In this document: piece by piece, positions 19,219-28,675 of the stretch | How positions within the stretch are numbered: the stretch's first letter is position 1 | Layout of the letters: each line of letters opens with the position of its first letter | Assembly: GCA_963714085.1 (NCBI GenBank) | Contig: OY970229.1 | Span: 1,507,540 to 1,571,539, forward strand | DNA length: 64,000 nt | Source: an uncultured Candidatus Micrarchaeota archaeon | GTDB lineage: Archaea > Micrarchaeota > Micrarchaeia > Anstonellales > Bilamarchaeaceae | Direction of reading: 5' to 3' | The notes under the pieces: model-generated | Database searches by the model: none | Told to the model about the DNA's origin: nothing | What the model saw: only the letters and a program-made list of their open reading frames with translations | Program-made: the position numbers and the translations under genes

Positions 19219-20331
19219 ATGAAAACAACAGTAAGCATAATCAAGGCAGATGTCGGCGGCTATCCGGGCCATTCCACAGTGCATCCGGAGCTCATGAAGA
19301 AGGCCGAAGACGAGCTTGAGATCGCCAAGAAGCAGGGCGAGATAAACGACTATTTCGTGGGCAGGTGCGGCGACGACCTCGAGCTCATCATGTCCCACAC
19401 GAAGGGAGTGGACAACAAGACCGTGCACAAGCTCGCATGGGACACGTTCGTCTCGTGCACCGAGATCGCGAAGAAGCTCAAGCTCTACGGCGCGGGGCAG
19501 GACCTGCTCGCGGACAGCTTCTCGGGCAATGTCAAGGGCATGGGGCCCGGAAGCGCGGAGATCGAGTTCGAGGAGCGCAAGTCCGAGCCGCTGGTGTGCT
19601 TCCTCATGGACAAGACCGAGCCCGGCGCCTTCAACCTGCCGATCTTCAAGATGTTCGGGGACCCGTTCAACACCGCCGGCCTGGTCATAGACAAGGGCCT
19701 GCACCACGGGTTCACCTTCGAGGTCTACGACATCATGGACAACAAGAAGGTCACGCTCAACACGCCCGAGGAGGTCTACGACCTGCTGGCGCTCATCGGG
19801 GGAAAAAGCCGCTACGTGATTAAGCGGGTCTATCCGCGCAAGGGCAGCCCGGTCTCCGAGAAGGAGGCGGTGGCGTGCATCAGCACGGACAAGCTCTCGA
19901 AGATAGCGGGCACCTACGTGGGCAAGGACGACCCCGTGGCGATGGTGCGCTGCCAGTCCGGGCTTCCGGCACTGGGCGAGGTCCTCGAGCCCTGGTCGTT
20001 CCCGCACCTGGTCTCCGGATGGATGCGCGGCTCGCACAATGGCCCCATAATGCCGGTCGCGATGGAGAACTCAAACCCGTCCAGGTTCGACGGCCCGCCG
20101 AGGGTCGTGGCGCTGGGTTTCCAGGTGGCGGATGGGATGCTCGGTAAGCCGGTCGACCTGTTCAGGGACGTCGCGTTCGACAACGCGAGGAGAAAAGCGC
20201 TCAAGATCGCGGATTACATGAGGCAGCACGGCCCGTTCGAGCCGCACCGCCTGCCTTCCGAGGACATGGAGTACACGACGCTGCCCGCGGTGCTGGACAA
20301 GCTCAAGGGAAGATTCGCGGCCATGGACTGA
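19219..20331 (+). CDS. fbp: Bifunctional fructose-1,6-bisphosphate aldolase/phosphatase (class V FBPase)
   Basis: SIIKADVGG, GDDLEL, LYGAGQDLL, YVGKDDPV, GWMRGSH, FDGPPRV, MEYTTLP. Confidence 0.97.
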   Translation: MKTTVSIIKADVGGYPGHSTVHPELMKKAEDELEIAKKQGEINDYFVGRCGDDLELIMSHTKGVDNKTVHKLAWDTFVSCTEIAKKLKLYGAGQDLLADSFSGNVKGMGPGSAEIEFEERKSEPLVCFLMDKTEPGAFNLPIFKMFGDPFNTAGLVIDKGLHHGFTFEVYDIMDNKKVTLNTPEEVYDLLALIGGKSRYVIKRVYPRKGSPVSEKEAVACISTDKLSKIAGTYVGKDDPVAMVRCQSGLPALGEVLEPWSFPHLVSGWMRGSHNGPIMPVAMENSNPSRFDGPPRVVALGFQVADGMLGKPVDLFRDVAFDNARRKALKIADYMRQHGPFEPHRLPSEDMEYTTLPAVLDKLKGRFAAMD

Positions 20332-20335
20332 TGGC

Positions 20336-20806
20336 ATGGATGCCCATCTCACCCTTCTCATAGTCGTCCTGCTCGTGCTAGTAGGCGTATCGGTCTTCCT
20401 TTTCTTCCAGCTCAAGAAGGAGACCGCGAGGATCGAGATGACCAACAGCTCCGGGGGTTCCGTGTTCGTGGACGCTGAGCTCGCGGACAACGCGGCCAAG
20501 CAGGCCCGGGGCCTGATGTTCCGCGGCAGCCTCGGTCAAGACGAAGGCATGCTCTTCATCTTCAACGACGACGACTACCGCACATTCTGGATGATGAACA
20601 CCACGATCCCGCTGGACGCCATATTCTTCTCCTCGAACGGCAGCGTGGTGGACGTGATCGCGATGGCGCCGTGCAAGTCCCTGATCTCCTGCCCGACATA
20701 CCCATCGTCCGGCAAGGCCAAATACGTCCTGGAGGTCAACCAGGGCTTCGCGCAGAAGAACGGGATAGTCGCGGGAAACTCCTCGCTCGTGATACAAGGC
20801 TGGTAG
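20336..20806 (+). CDS. DUF192-family protein with N-terminal membrane anchor
   Basis: ELAD....ARGLMFR...GMLFIF...FWMMNTTIPLD...YVLEVNQG. Confidence 0.9.
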   Translation: MDAHLTLLIVVLLVLVGVSVFLFFQLKKETARIEMTNSSGGSVFVDAELADNAAKQARGLMFRGSLGQDEGMLFIFNDDDYRTFWMMNTTIPLDAIFFSSNGSVVDVIAMAPCKSLISCPTYPSSGKAKYVLEVNQGFAQKNGIVAGNSSLVIQGW

Positions 20807-20831
20807 GGAAAAAGCGGCATATGATCTTATT

Positions 20832-22154
20832 TCAACGGTTTGCTGCCAGATATACGCCGAGATAATTTATCGCTGCCGTTGGACCGAACAGTCCAATCTG
20901 ATTGACAATCGCATGTTCTCTGAACTCTGTAAGCACGGTTTCGGTGCAGTCAGACAGTATCTTTTCCCAATCTGCATGACTTTCAAGGAACGTCCGTATC
21001 TCGGCGTAGGTCGGTTCTGTTCCTGTTGCTCTTCTGAATTGTTCCATGGCCTCTTCGCTGAAAATCCTTATCCCGCTAGTTACGGCAAACTGCTCTATCT
21101 CCCTGACTGTGGTAGTGGAGCAATTTCGTAAAAGCAACAAGCCACAGCGCCAGTCATGGTTGCGCTCTATGTACCTTTGCAGGTCTGCTAGGGTAGGTAC
21201 ACCCTCCTTCAAGACTTCGATGTTTTTCGGCATCTTTTTTCCAGATGGTTTAGGGTGATGATACCCGTGTAGCAAACAATCCAAAGCATTCCCGGCCCTC
21301 GCTCCCAAAAAACCGTATACCTCGCCACGCGATCGTTGTAACTCCTTTTGTTTTTCAATTCCATATCTGCTCGATGCTGCGCCTTCACCGATCCCAAACG
21401 TCTGTCCGATTTCCTTAAACGATAAACGTTGTACTTCTCTCAGTCTTACTATATCCTGATTGCGTTCGCTTCTAGCATTAGCTTGTTCACCCGTGTGGTT
21501 CGCTGCCCGTTCTATGCCGAGATACCTCATCGCTGCCTCTCGACCGAACGATCCAATCCGATTAACAATCACATGTTCTCTGAACTCTGTAAGCACGGTT
21601 TCGGTGCAGCCAGAATCCGACAGCCTCTTTCTCCAATCGGCATGGTTTTCAAGGAACGTCCGTATCTCGGCGTAGGTCGGTGCTGTTCCTGTCGCCCTTT
21701 CGAATTGTCCCAGGGCCTCTTCGCTAAAAATCCTTATCCCATTAGTTGCGGCAAACTGCTCTATCTCCCTGACCGTGGTAGTTGAGCAATTTCGTAAAAG
21801 CAACAAGCCACAGCGCCAGTCATGATTGCGCTCTATGTACCTTTGCAGATCTACTAGGGTAGGCGCACCCTCCATTAAGGGTTCGATGTTTTTCGGCATC
21901 GTTTTTACAGATGGTTTAAGCCGGCAATGCCCGGATAGCAAACAAGACAAGGCATTCCCGGCATCCCTTCCCAAAAAACCGTATACCTCTCCACGCGATC
22001 GTTGGAACTCCTTTCGTTTTTCCTTTTTATACCTTTGCCGTGCTGCCTCTTCACCGATCCCAAACGTCTGTCCGATTTCTTTAAACGATAAGTGTTGTCT
22101 TTCTCTCAGTATTACTACTTTAGCACTAACGGCTTTTGACGCGTCTTCAACCAT
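20832..22154 (-). CDS. Internally duplicated protein with sigma-4-like HTH and helix-hairpin-helix-like segments (lower GC)
   Basis: Two 222-aa units, each with LSFKEIGQTFGIGE.AA..RY and LLLLRNCSTTTVREIEQF. Confidence 0.75.
   Translation of the reverse strand: MVEDASKAVSAKVVILRERQHLSFKEIGQTFGIGEEAARQRYKKEKRKEFQRSRGEVYGFLGRDAGNALSCLLSGHCRLKPSVKTMPKNIEPLMEGAPTLVDLQRYIERNHDWRCGLLLLRNCSTTTVREIEQFAATNGIRIFSEEALGQFERATGTAPTYAEIRTFLENHADWRKRLSDSGCTETVLTEFREHVIVNRIGSFGREAAMRYLGIERAANHTGEQANARSERNQDIVRLREVQRLSFKEIGQTFGIGEGAASSRYGIEKQKELQRSRGEVYGFLGARAGNALDCLLHGYHHPKPSGKKMPKNIEVLKEGVPTLADLQRYIERNHDWRCGLLLLRNCSTTTVREIEQFAVTSGIRIFSEEAMEQFRRATGTEPTYAEIRTFLESHADWEKILSDCTETVLTEFREHAIVNQIGLFGPTAAINYLGVYLAANR
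20860..22110. repeat. Tandem direct duplication, 666-bp period, inside the CDS
   Basis: ccgatcccaaacgtctgtccgattt at 21388 and 22054; other long identical blocks at a similar offset. Boundaries approximate. Confidence 0.9.
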
Positions 22155-22451
22155 GTAAATATATATGCACCAACTCCTTTTAAATCTCACTACAAATCTA
22201 ATCGAATGACGACAATAAGAGGAATAGAACGCTACGGGGCAGGGGGATGGTTATGTTCGGCCCCAGTAGCGCGTCTCAAAGCGAGACATGTCTCTTATCA
22301 ACATAGATGTTTAAATATCTTTTCCTGTGTATGTGCGAACGCACATGGAGCTTTCACGACGTGAGGTATGAGCATATGAACTGTTTAGCAAAAAAAGCCG
22401 GTGTAAAACAACATAATCATATTTAAATTGTCTGTTGAACAACATGGTTCT

Positions 22452-23165
22452 ATGCTGTATCTCATCGGGACCGGGATATCCTTCGACCTCACCCTGGGGG
22501 CCGTCGAGGCGCTCAGATCCTGCGACGAGGTCTACCTCGAGAGGTACACCAACCCGATAGCCGACGCGCACGCGTCCGGTCTCGAGCGCCTCCTTGGGAG
22601 GAAGATAACGATCATCGGCAGGGACAAGGTGGAGAGCAGCTTCCTCGTGGGGCGGGCAGCGGAATGCGACGTCGCGCTCCTGGCATCGGGGGACCCGCTC
22701 ACCGCGACCACGCACGTCACGCTGCTCCTCGACGCCAGGAAAAAAGGGATCAGGACGAAGGTGTTCCACAACTCCTCGGTCTACGCCGCCGCCCCCGGGA
22801 AAGCCGGGCTGCAGATGTACAAGTTCGGCAGGACCGCCACGCTGGTGAACCCGCGGCCGGGCTACAAGCCGACCTCCTCGCTGGATGTCATAAGGCAGAA
22901 CCTGTCCGTCGGGATGCACAGTCTCGTCCTGCTGGACACCGAGCCAGCGCCCATGGAGGCGCAGTACGCCCTGGGCATGCTCTCCGAGTTCGGCCACGCG
23001 GTGGTGCTCTCCCGGCTGGGCGAGGAGGACGAGAAGGTCTCCTACGGGAGGATAAGCGAGCTCGAGGGCGCCGAGCTCGGGAAGGCGCCGTTCTGCATCA
23101 TAATACCGGCCAAGCTCCATCCGGTGGAGGAGGAGTACCTGGAGACGCTCGGGAAACGTATTTAA
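22452..23165 (+). CDS. dph5: Diphthine synthase
   Basis: MLYLIGTG, VYLERYT, GDPLTATTH, GLQMYKFGRTATL, HSLVLLD, IIIPAKLH.VEEEYL. Confidence 0.95.
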   Translation: MLYLIGTGISFDLTLGAVEALRSCDEVYLERYTNPIADAHASGLERLLGRKITIIGRDKVESSFLVGRAAECDVALLASGDPLTATTHVTLLLDARKKGIRTKVFHNSSVYAAAPGKAGLQMYKFGRTATLVNPRPGYKPTSSLDVIRQNLSVGMHSLVLLDTEPAPMEAQYALGMLSEFGHAVVLSRLGEEDEKVSYGRISELEGAELGKAPFCIIIPAKLHPVEEEYLETLGKRI

Positions 23166-23199
23166 ACGCAAAACTGAAATTATGCACAGGGGTGAGGAG

Positions 23200-23664
23200 A
23201 TGTTGGATAAGATAGACGAAACGGACCTGATGATACTGAAGGAGCTCCGCGAGAACTGCAAGCAGCCGGTGAAGGAGCTCGCGAAATCGCTAAAGATACA
23301 TCCGAACACGCTGCTCCAGAGGATAAAGAAGCTGGAGAAGCAGAAGGTCATAATCAAGTACACGGCGGAAGTGGATTTCCGCAAGCTCGGCTACGACCTC
23401 CAGGCCGTCATAATGGGGGAGGTCAGGAAGGGCAGGATCGGCGACCAGGAGCAGCTCCACGAGATCGCCAACATGCCCCAGGTTCAGTACCTCTACGCGG
23501 TCACGGGCGCCTACGATGTGATCGCATCCGTGAGGGTGAAGAACAGGGACGAGCTGGTGGCAGTGCTGGGGAAGATAGGCCAGCACCCCATAATCGAGAA
23601 GACGATGACGCACATAGTGCTCTTCAGCTACAAGCACCCCTACGAGTTCAACCCCCTGCTGTGA
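23200..23664 (+). CDS. Lrp/AsnC family transcriptional regulator
   Basis: IDETDLMILKEL...ELAKSL...RIKKLE...VTGAYD; SD ggtgagg. Confidence 0.93.
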   Translation: MLDKIDETDLMILKELRENCKQPVKELAKSLKIHPNTLLQRIKKLEKQKVIIKYTAEVDFRKLGYDLQAVIMGEVRKGRIGDQEQLHEIANMPQVQYLYAVTGAYDVIASVRVKNRDELVAVLGKIGQHPIIEKTMTHIVLFSYKHPYEFNPLL

Positions 23665-23666
23665 GG

Positions 23667-24611
23667 TCAGCGCAGGCGGAAAACGCAGGATACGAGCAGC
23701 GGGAACCTGTCGTGCTCCTCGTCCACGGCGCGTATCTTGGAATCGGGCACCATCTCGAAGCCGATATGCCGCATGTTGGCGTAGAATTTGCTGAGCCAGA
23801 ACGGCTCGTCGATGCCGAAGTTCGAAAGCCCCCTGGCCACTTTCCTTGAGAGGTGCCTGTTCATTATCACGGGCGGATGGGAGAACTCCATGCTTATCAG
23901 GAACCCGTCCCTGGCCATCTTCTCCCGTATGGCCTCTAGGATGGGGACGCGCTCGTCCACCGGCAGCCAGCGGAAGATGTCCGAAGCCAGCACCAGGTCC
24001 GCCTTTTCTTTCCCTATGCACGTCCGGGACAGGTCGAGGGAAGGAAGGTCCCTGAGGTCCATGAGCAGGTATTCCATCTGGAGGGACGGAATCCCACCGT
24101 GGTGCTCTAAGAGCAGCCCTTTCTTGGCCGCCGCAGCGTCCAGGGCAGCAGGATTGTAATCTATCCCTAGTATGCTCATCTTTCTCGTGCCCGCCTCCAA
24201 GGCCTCTATTACCGAAGGCCTGCGGACTATCCTCCTGTCCAGCTTGCCTGTGCCTGATCCCACGTCCACAACCAGGCGACAATTTTTGATATAGTCGCTG
24301 TATATCCCGCGGAGCCTGCCAGTCTGGAGCTCATAGATCGGATCCCGGTGGAGGTCGTAGCGGGTGTTGTACCTCTCGCCGGACGATTTCTGCTCCGCTA
24401 TCGTGAAGAACCTGGTGAATGTGTGGTGAAGTGCGTGTACCCGCCTCTGGGTCCTGTCCGACCTCGGTATCACCCTCTTTTTCCAGACGTTTATCAACGG
24501 CTTGGCGTTGTCCTCGGAAACATAGGCGTTCCTGAAGCCGGGGCTCCGGGCGGATAAAATACGAGGCGGTCTTGCCATCTCTGACTTGTGTTGAAGAAGA
24601 TGTCTTCCCAT
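23667..24611 (-). CDS. Class I SAM-dependent methyltransferase with long N-terminal extension
   Basis: VVDVGSGTG, LGIDYN, ADLVLA motifs; start may be 24578. Confidence 0.8.
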   Translation of the reverse strand: MGRHLLQHKSEMARPPRILSARSPGFRNAYVSEDNAKPLINVWKKRVIPRSDRTQRRVHALHHTFTRFFTIAEQKSSGERYNTRYDLHRDPIYELQTGRLRGIYSDYIKNCRLVVDVGSGTGKLDRRIVRRPSVIEALEAGTRKMSILGIDYNPAALDAAAAKKGLLLEHHGGIPSLQMEYLLMDLRDLPSLDLSRTCIGKEKADLVLASDIFRWLPVDERVPILEAIREKMARDGFLISMEFSHPPVIMNRHLSRKVARGLSNFGIDEPFWLSKFYANMRHIGFEMVPDSKIRAVDEEHDRFPLLVSCVFRLR

Positions 24612-24759
24612 ATGTTATAATATACGTAGGTAAGGGTTTATAAAATATCGCGCGCCCGCTGTTCTATCCGCCGTGCTTTAGGGGCTGCTGTGGAGGTATA
24701 TAAAGTAACATGTATGAACCGATTATTATTTAAATATCATCCTACAATATATCTATTAT

Positions 24760-25644
24760 ATGAACAAAAATTACCCGCGAGGAGTTGGTATGCTGAAAGA
24801 GCTCACGCCCACTCCTTTTTACAGGCCCAGAACGGGCCCAAGGACATGCGTCCCGGGCAGGAAGGATCCCATGGCGGAGCCACTGCACCCGGAGAACCCA
24901 TACTCCAGCCCCACGCGTTTCGCGCGGCATCAGGAAGACACCGGCCATTTCGCCATCGAGAAATACCTATTAGGCGCCATGCTCGACGAGGTGGGGGAAA
25001 CGGTAGTTTCCCTGGGCTGCGGGAACGGAGAGTTGGACCGCGAACTGGTCGTCATGCGCTCGCAAGAGCTTCTCAAAGGCGGCAGGCTCCGGGTGCTTGG
25101 CGTGGACTGCGAGGAAAGCATGCTCAGAGTTGCCCGTGACGAAATGAGAGCGCTCATAGATGCAAACTCCACACTCAAGAACGCAGACAGAGAGAAGCGG
25201 CTGGTTTGCCAATACAAAGCCGCAACGATCGGCGGCCCATCCTTCGCCGACCTCGACCTGAGGGACACCGCGATAGGCAGCTCCGCTCCAGACACCTTCC
25301 TATCCTTCATGCTATTCGTCATCTGGGCGAGGAGAAGGGAGGCTGCGATAGTGGCGATAGCGGACAAATCCAGGAGCGCGAGCGGATCGGTACGGGCCAC
25401 GACATTCATAAGCGCAGAGGAGTACCCCACGCGCTTGACCCCGGACCCGTCGTTACCGCCCGCCTTCGTGGGCGCGGTGATGGAGCGCAAGGCCAAGGGC
25501 GAGGTGGACCCCGTGACGATATGGGACTCCTTCTGCAGGCACGGATTCGCATACAAAAGCGGCCCAAACAACACTTCGCTCGGCTCCCCGAGTACCGATC
25601 ACGTATTCAGGTCTGCGGTTCTCGAGTACATCGGGCGGGACTGA
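24760..25644 (+). CDS. Divergent class I SAM-dependent methyltransferase
   Basis: VVSLGCGNG, VLGVDC..SML..AR. Confidence 0.75.
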   Translation: MNKNYPRGVGMLKELTPTPFYRPRTGPRTCVPGRKDPMAEPLHPENPYSSPTRFARHQEDTGHFAIEKYLLGAMLDEVGETVVSLGCGNGELDRELVVMRSQELLKGGRLRVLGVDCEESMLRVARDEMRALIDANSTLKNADREKRLVCQYKAATIGGPSFADLDLRDTAIGSSAPDTFLSFMLFVIWARRREAAIVAIADKSRSASGSVRATTFISAEEYPTRLTPDPSLPPAFVGAVMERKAKGEVDPVTIWDSFCRHGFAYKSGPNNTSLGSPSTDHVFRSAVLEYIGRD

Positions 25645-25683
25645 CTCTCAGGAAAAAACAGCCAAAAAAATGAAAAGATCCCC

Positions 25684-25878
25684 TTAGATGCGGGGATATC
25701 TGGTTACCTGGCTGATGAGGTCCACGTGCGAGAGGAACATCCTCCTGCAGCAGTACCTCCTCACGCCCAGGTCATCGAGCGCCTCGTCCTTGGGCTTCGC
25801 CTTGGCCAGCTCGTTGTATCTCTCGTTGAGATGGCCGACCACGGATCCGCAGGAGAAACATCGTATGGGGAATTCCAT
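25684..25878 (-). CDS. rpoN: DNA-directed RNA polymerase subunit Rpo10 (N)
   Basis: PIRCFSCG...LDDLGVRRYCCRRM. Confidence 0.97.
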   Translation of the reverse strand: MEFPIRCFSCGSVVGHLNERYNELAKAKPKDEALDDLGVRRYCCRRMFLSHVDLISQVTRYPRI

Positions 25879-25884
25879 ATCCGA

Positions 25885-26490
25885 TCACCTGTATGACTTC
25901 TGGAACCTGGCCCTGGCCTTCGGTCCCTTGTATTTCTTGGACTCCACCCTCCTGATGTCCTCGACAACCAGCGAGCGGTCGATGTCCACGAATTTTTCCC
26001 TTAGGTTCGTGCCCTCGAAGTATTTCACGAGGGCGTTGGCGATCGCGGTCCTGGCCGCCTGGGCCTGGCCCATGGAGCCTCCGCCGAAGACGGTGACCGA
26101 GATATCCAGGTCGTTCGCTTCCGGGCCGGTGTATCGCAGCGGCTCGCGGATTATCTCGCGGACGTACATGTTGTTGTAGGAATCCAGAAGGACCTTGTTG
26201 ATCCTTATCCTGCCCTTGCCCGGCTTCACCGTCGCCCTGGCAATCGCCAGCTTCCTCTTCCCCCTAGCGACCACGGCCTTGGATTTCTGCTTCTTCTGCT
26301 TCTTGGCCTTTGGCGCGGGCTTCTCCGCCGCCGGCTTCTCCGCGACCTTCTGCGGCTCGGCCTTGGCTTCGGTATCGGGCTTCTTCTCGACAGCCTCCTT
26401 CTTGGCCTTCGCAGCCGGCGCCTCGGCCTTCTTATCCGGCGCCTTCGGCCGGGCGGCCTTCTTCTCCACTTTCTCTGGTTTATCGGTCAT
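25885..26490 (-). CDS. rps9: 30S ribosomal protein S9 with ~70-aa Lys/Ala/Glu/Pro N-terminal extension
   Basis: GKRKLAIARA...GGGSMGQAQAAR...ARARFQKSYR. Confidence 0.96.
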   Translation of the reverse strand: MTDKPEKVEKKAARPKAPDKKAEAPAAKAKKEAVEKKPDTEAKAEPQKVAEKPAAEKPAPKAKKQKKQKSKAVVARGKRKLAIARATVKPGKGRIRINKVLLDSYNNMYVREIIREPLRYTGPEANDLDISVTVFGGGSMGQAQAARTAIANALVKYFEGTNLREKFVDIDRSLVVEDIRRVESKKYKGPKARARFQKSYR

Positions 26491-26494
26491 CGTA

Positions 26495-26911
26495 TCAACC
26501 TGAATATCCGATCATCCTGCACAGATCGCGTATCGTGATGTACTTCGCGCCCTTCTTCAGCGGCATCGCGGCCTCGGGCGCCACGGGCTTGAGGTTCTTC
26601 GGGTTCCCGGTGTACACCAGGAGCTTGTGGTACGCCTCCCTGCCCCGCGCCCTGTCCCATGGCAGCATGCCGCGTATCATCCTCTTCACGAGCATGTGCG
26701 GCAGCTTCGACCACTTGGGCGAGTGCTCCGGAGTGCCCTTGTGCTTGGCCGCGCGCCTCGCGCGGAGCTTGGCCGTTATGGACTTCGGATTTCCCGAGAG
26801 CACCATCTGCTCCGCGTTTATCAGCTGGACCTCCTCGCCGCGCAGTATGGTCTTCGCGACGCGGCTCGCGGTCCGCCCGAAAATCATGCCTTTGCCGTCT
26901 ATGACAACCAT
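26495..26911 (-). CDS. rpl13: 50S ribosomal protein L13
   Basis: VIDGKGMIFGRTASRVAK...KRMIRGMLP. Confidence 0.95.
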   Translation of the reverse strand: MVVIDGKGMIFGRTASRVAKTILRGEEVQLINAEQMVLSGNPKSITAKLRARRAAKHKGTPEHSPKWSKLPHMLVKRMIRGMLPWDRARGREAYHKLLVYTGNPKNLKPVAPEAAMPLKKGAKYITIRDLCRMIGYSG

Positions 26912-26921
26912 CGTGAACACC

Positions 26922-27275
26922 TTACCTCAGAATGACTACGCCCCTGCCGTCCGGGTTGGACTTGCACAGCGACTCTATGCTGAGCGTCTTCCCGCCGGCC
27001 TCGCCGATGAGCTTCCTCGCGGTCCCGCTGAACGCGAACGCCGCGACCGTGAGCTTCTTGGACAGCGCACCCGAGCCGAGCACCTTGCCTGGCACGAGCA
27101 CCGTGGCCCCATCGTCCCCGTAGGATTCGAGCTTGCTGAGGTTGACCTCCACGCGCTGGCGCCTGGGCCTCGAGAGCTCGAGGGCCACCTTCTTCCAAAT
27201 GGGCTTCTTCTCCCGCACCAGCGCATCCACGAGCGATGCGAGTACCGGGTTGTCCTTGACCTTCTTCGTCTTCAT
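26922..27275 (-). CDS. rpl18e: 50S ribosomal protein L18e
   Basis: IWKKVA..L.RPRRQRVEVNLSKL...VPGKVLGSG. Confidence 0.96.
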   Translation of the reverse strand: MKTKKVKDNPVLASLVDALVREKKPIWKKVALELSRPRRQRVEVNLSKLESYGDDGATVLVPGKVLGSGALSKKLTVAAFAFSGTARKLIGEAGGKTLSIESLCKSNPDGRGVVILR

Positions 27276-27386
27276 GAAATCGCCTCTCGGGCGCGCATCG
27301 CGGGATCGCGCGCCGGCTCGCCCTCCCAGTGGGAGAACTCTAATAAGCAGGATGATAATGGAGAGGAAAGTTTATAAATAAAGTCT

Positions 27387-27959
27387 TTAGGGGGAGTCCC
27401 TGTGGTTGTGCCTGGCCCCGTGCTCCCTCAGCGCCGTCGCGATATCCCCGTGCCTCCCGAGGATCGCGAACATCGGCGCAGTCCCGTGGTATTTGTCCTG
27501 GGTGTTCACGTTCGCCCCGTTCGCGATGAGGAGCTCAACGAGCTCCCCGTATCCCCAGAACGCGGCCCGCATCAGCGCGGTCTGGCCGAAGATGTCCCTC
27601 GCGTTCACGTGCGCGCCGTTCGCGATGAGGGCCTTGGCCATCTCGGTCTCGCCCCTGTATGCGGCCAGCATGAGCGGCGTCGCCTCCAGGTGGTCCCTCG
27701 CATCCACATCCGCCCCTGCCTTCACCAGTTTCACCACGAACTCCACTCTGCCCTTTTCCACGGCCCTGAGCAGCCTCTTATTCAGCTGTCTGTGCCTTTT
27801 CAAAGCCCCTCCACCCATCTTGGCGGGCTGCGGCAGCTGGTCCTGCCCTGAGCCGCTCCTCCTGAACACGCCACGGCTGGCTGTAACCGTCCTGGGTGGG
27901 AGCTTTCTCGGCCTTCTTCTCTCTACGAGAGGTGGCACGGGGTGACTCGTCTCGCTCAT
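27387..27959 (-). CDS. Ankyrin-repeat protein
   Basis: TPLMLAA, GAHVNARD, TALMRAA repeats after a basic leader. Confidence 0.93.
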   Translation of the reverse strand: MSETSHPVPPLVERRRPRKLPPRTVTASRGVFRRSGSGQDQLPQPAKMGGGALKRHRQLNKRLLRAVEKGRVEFVVKLVKAGADVDARDHLEATPLMLAAYRGETEMAKALIANGAHVNARDIFGQTALMRAAFWGYGELVELLIANGANVNTQDKYHGTAPMFAILGRHGDIATALREHGARHNHRDSP

Positions 27960-28507
27960 CAGTTCGCACCGCTCTTCCCCAGCATCTTCTCGATCTGCCT
28001 ATGGGCAACGTCCGTGAAGCCGACGGTCGCGTATTTCATCGGGGTCATCAGATAATCATCGGCCGCGTTCGGGTCGGCGCCGTTCTTCAGGAGCAGTTCC
28101 ACCGCTTCCACGAAGCCCCCGGCGGCGGCCCACATCAGCGGCGTCTTCTGGTTCCTGTCCCGCGCGTTCACCTCCGCGCCGTCAGCGACGAGCCGTTGCG
28201 TCATCCTCAAGTTCCCGGTCTGGACGGCCCACACCAGCGCGGTCCAGCCGTTCTTGTCCTTGGCCTCCAGATCTGCGTGGTTGTCCATGAAGAAGTCCGC
28301 GACTGCGTCGTTCTTGTTGCTGATGGCCAGTATCAGCGGCGTGTCGCCGGAGTTGTTCCTCGTGTTCAGGTCCTCGCCCTTCTCGACCAGCGCCCTCAGG
28401 GTTTTCGTGTCGCCGCTGAACATGGTCGCATCTTCGACCGTGGCCTTCTTGCAGCCCGTGAATATCGTGGCGGTCAGCAGGACGCCGAGAGCCGCGCGCC
28501 TGGCCAT
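27959..28507 (-). CDS. Ankyrin-repeat protein with lipoprotein-like signal
   Basis: MARRAALGVLLTATIFTGC then TPLILA, GWTALVWA, TPLMWAA; start uncertain (28507 or 28531). Confidence 0.88.
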   Translation of the reverse strand: MARRAALGVLLTATIFTGCKKATVEDATMFSGDTKTLRALVEKGEDLNTRNNSGDTPLILAISNKNDAVADFFMDNHADLEAKDKNGWTALVWAVQTGNLRMTQRLVADGAEVNARDRNQKTPLMWAAAGGFVEAVELLLKNGADPNAADDYLMTPMKYATVGFTDVAHRQIEKMLGKSGAN

Positions 28508-28565
28508 AGTTCTGAGCGAAGGGCAATGCATCGATCCGTGAGCAAGATGTCTCGTTCCCGTATTA

Positions 28566-28661
28566 CCACCCCTAAAAAAACTATTTCTTACAATTATATG
28601 TTTTGATGGCACATGTTTTTAAACGTATTATTTTGTGTTCGTGGCGGGAAAAAAACACGCC
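28566..28661 (-). promoter_or_regulatory. Duplicated terminator + TATA + SD module, copy A
   Basis: Shares tgtgttcgtggcgggaaaaaaacacgcc, tgtttttaaac, atttctta and ccacccctaaaa with 30771..30867. Confidence 0.75.
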
Positions 28662-28675
28662 ATGCCCGGGACGGC

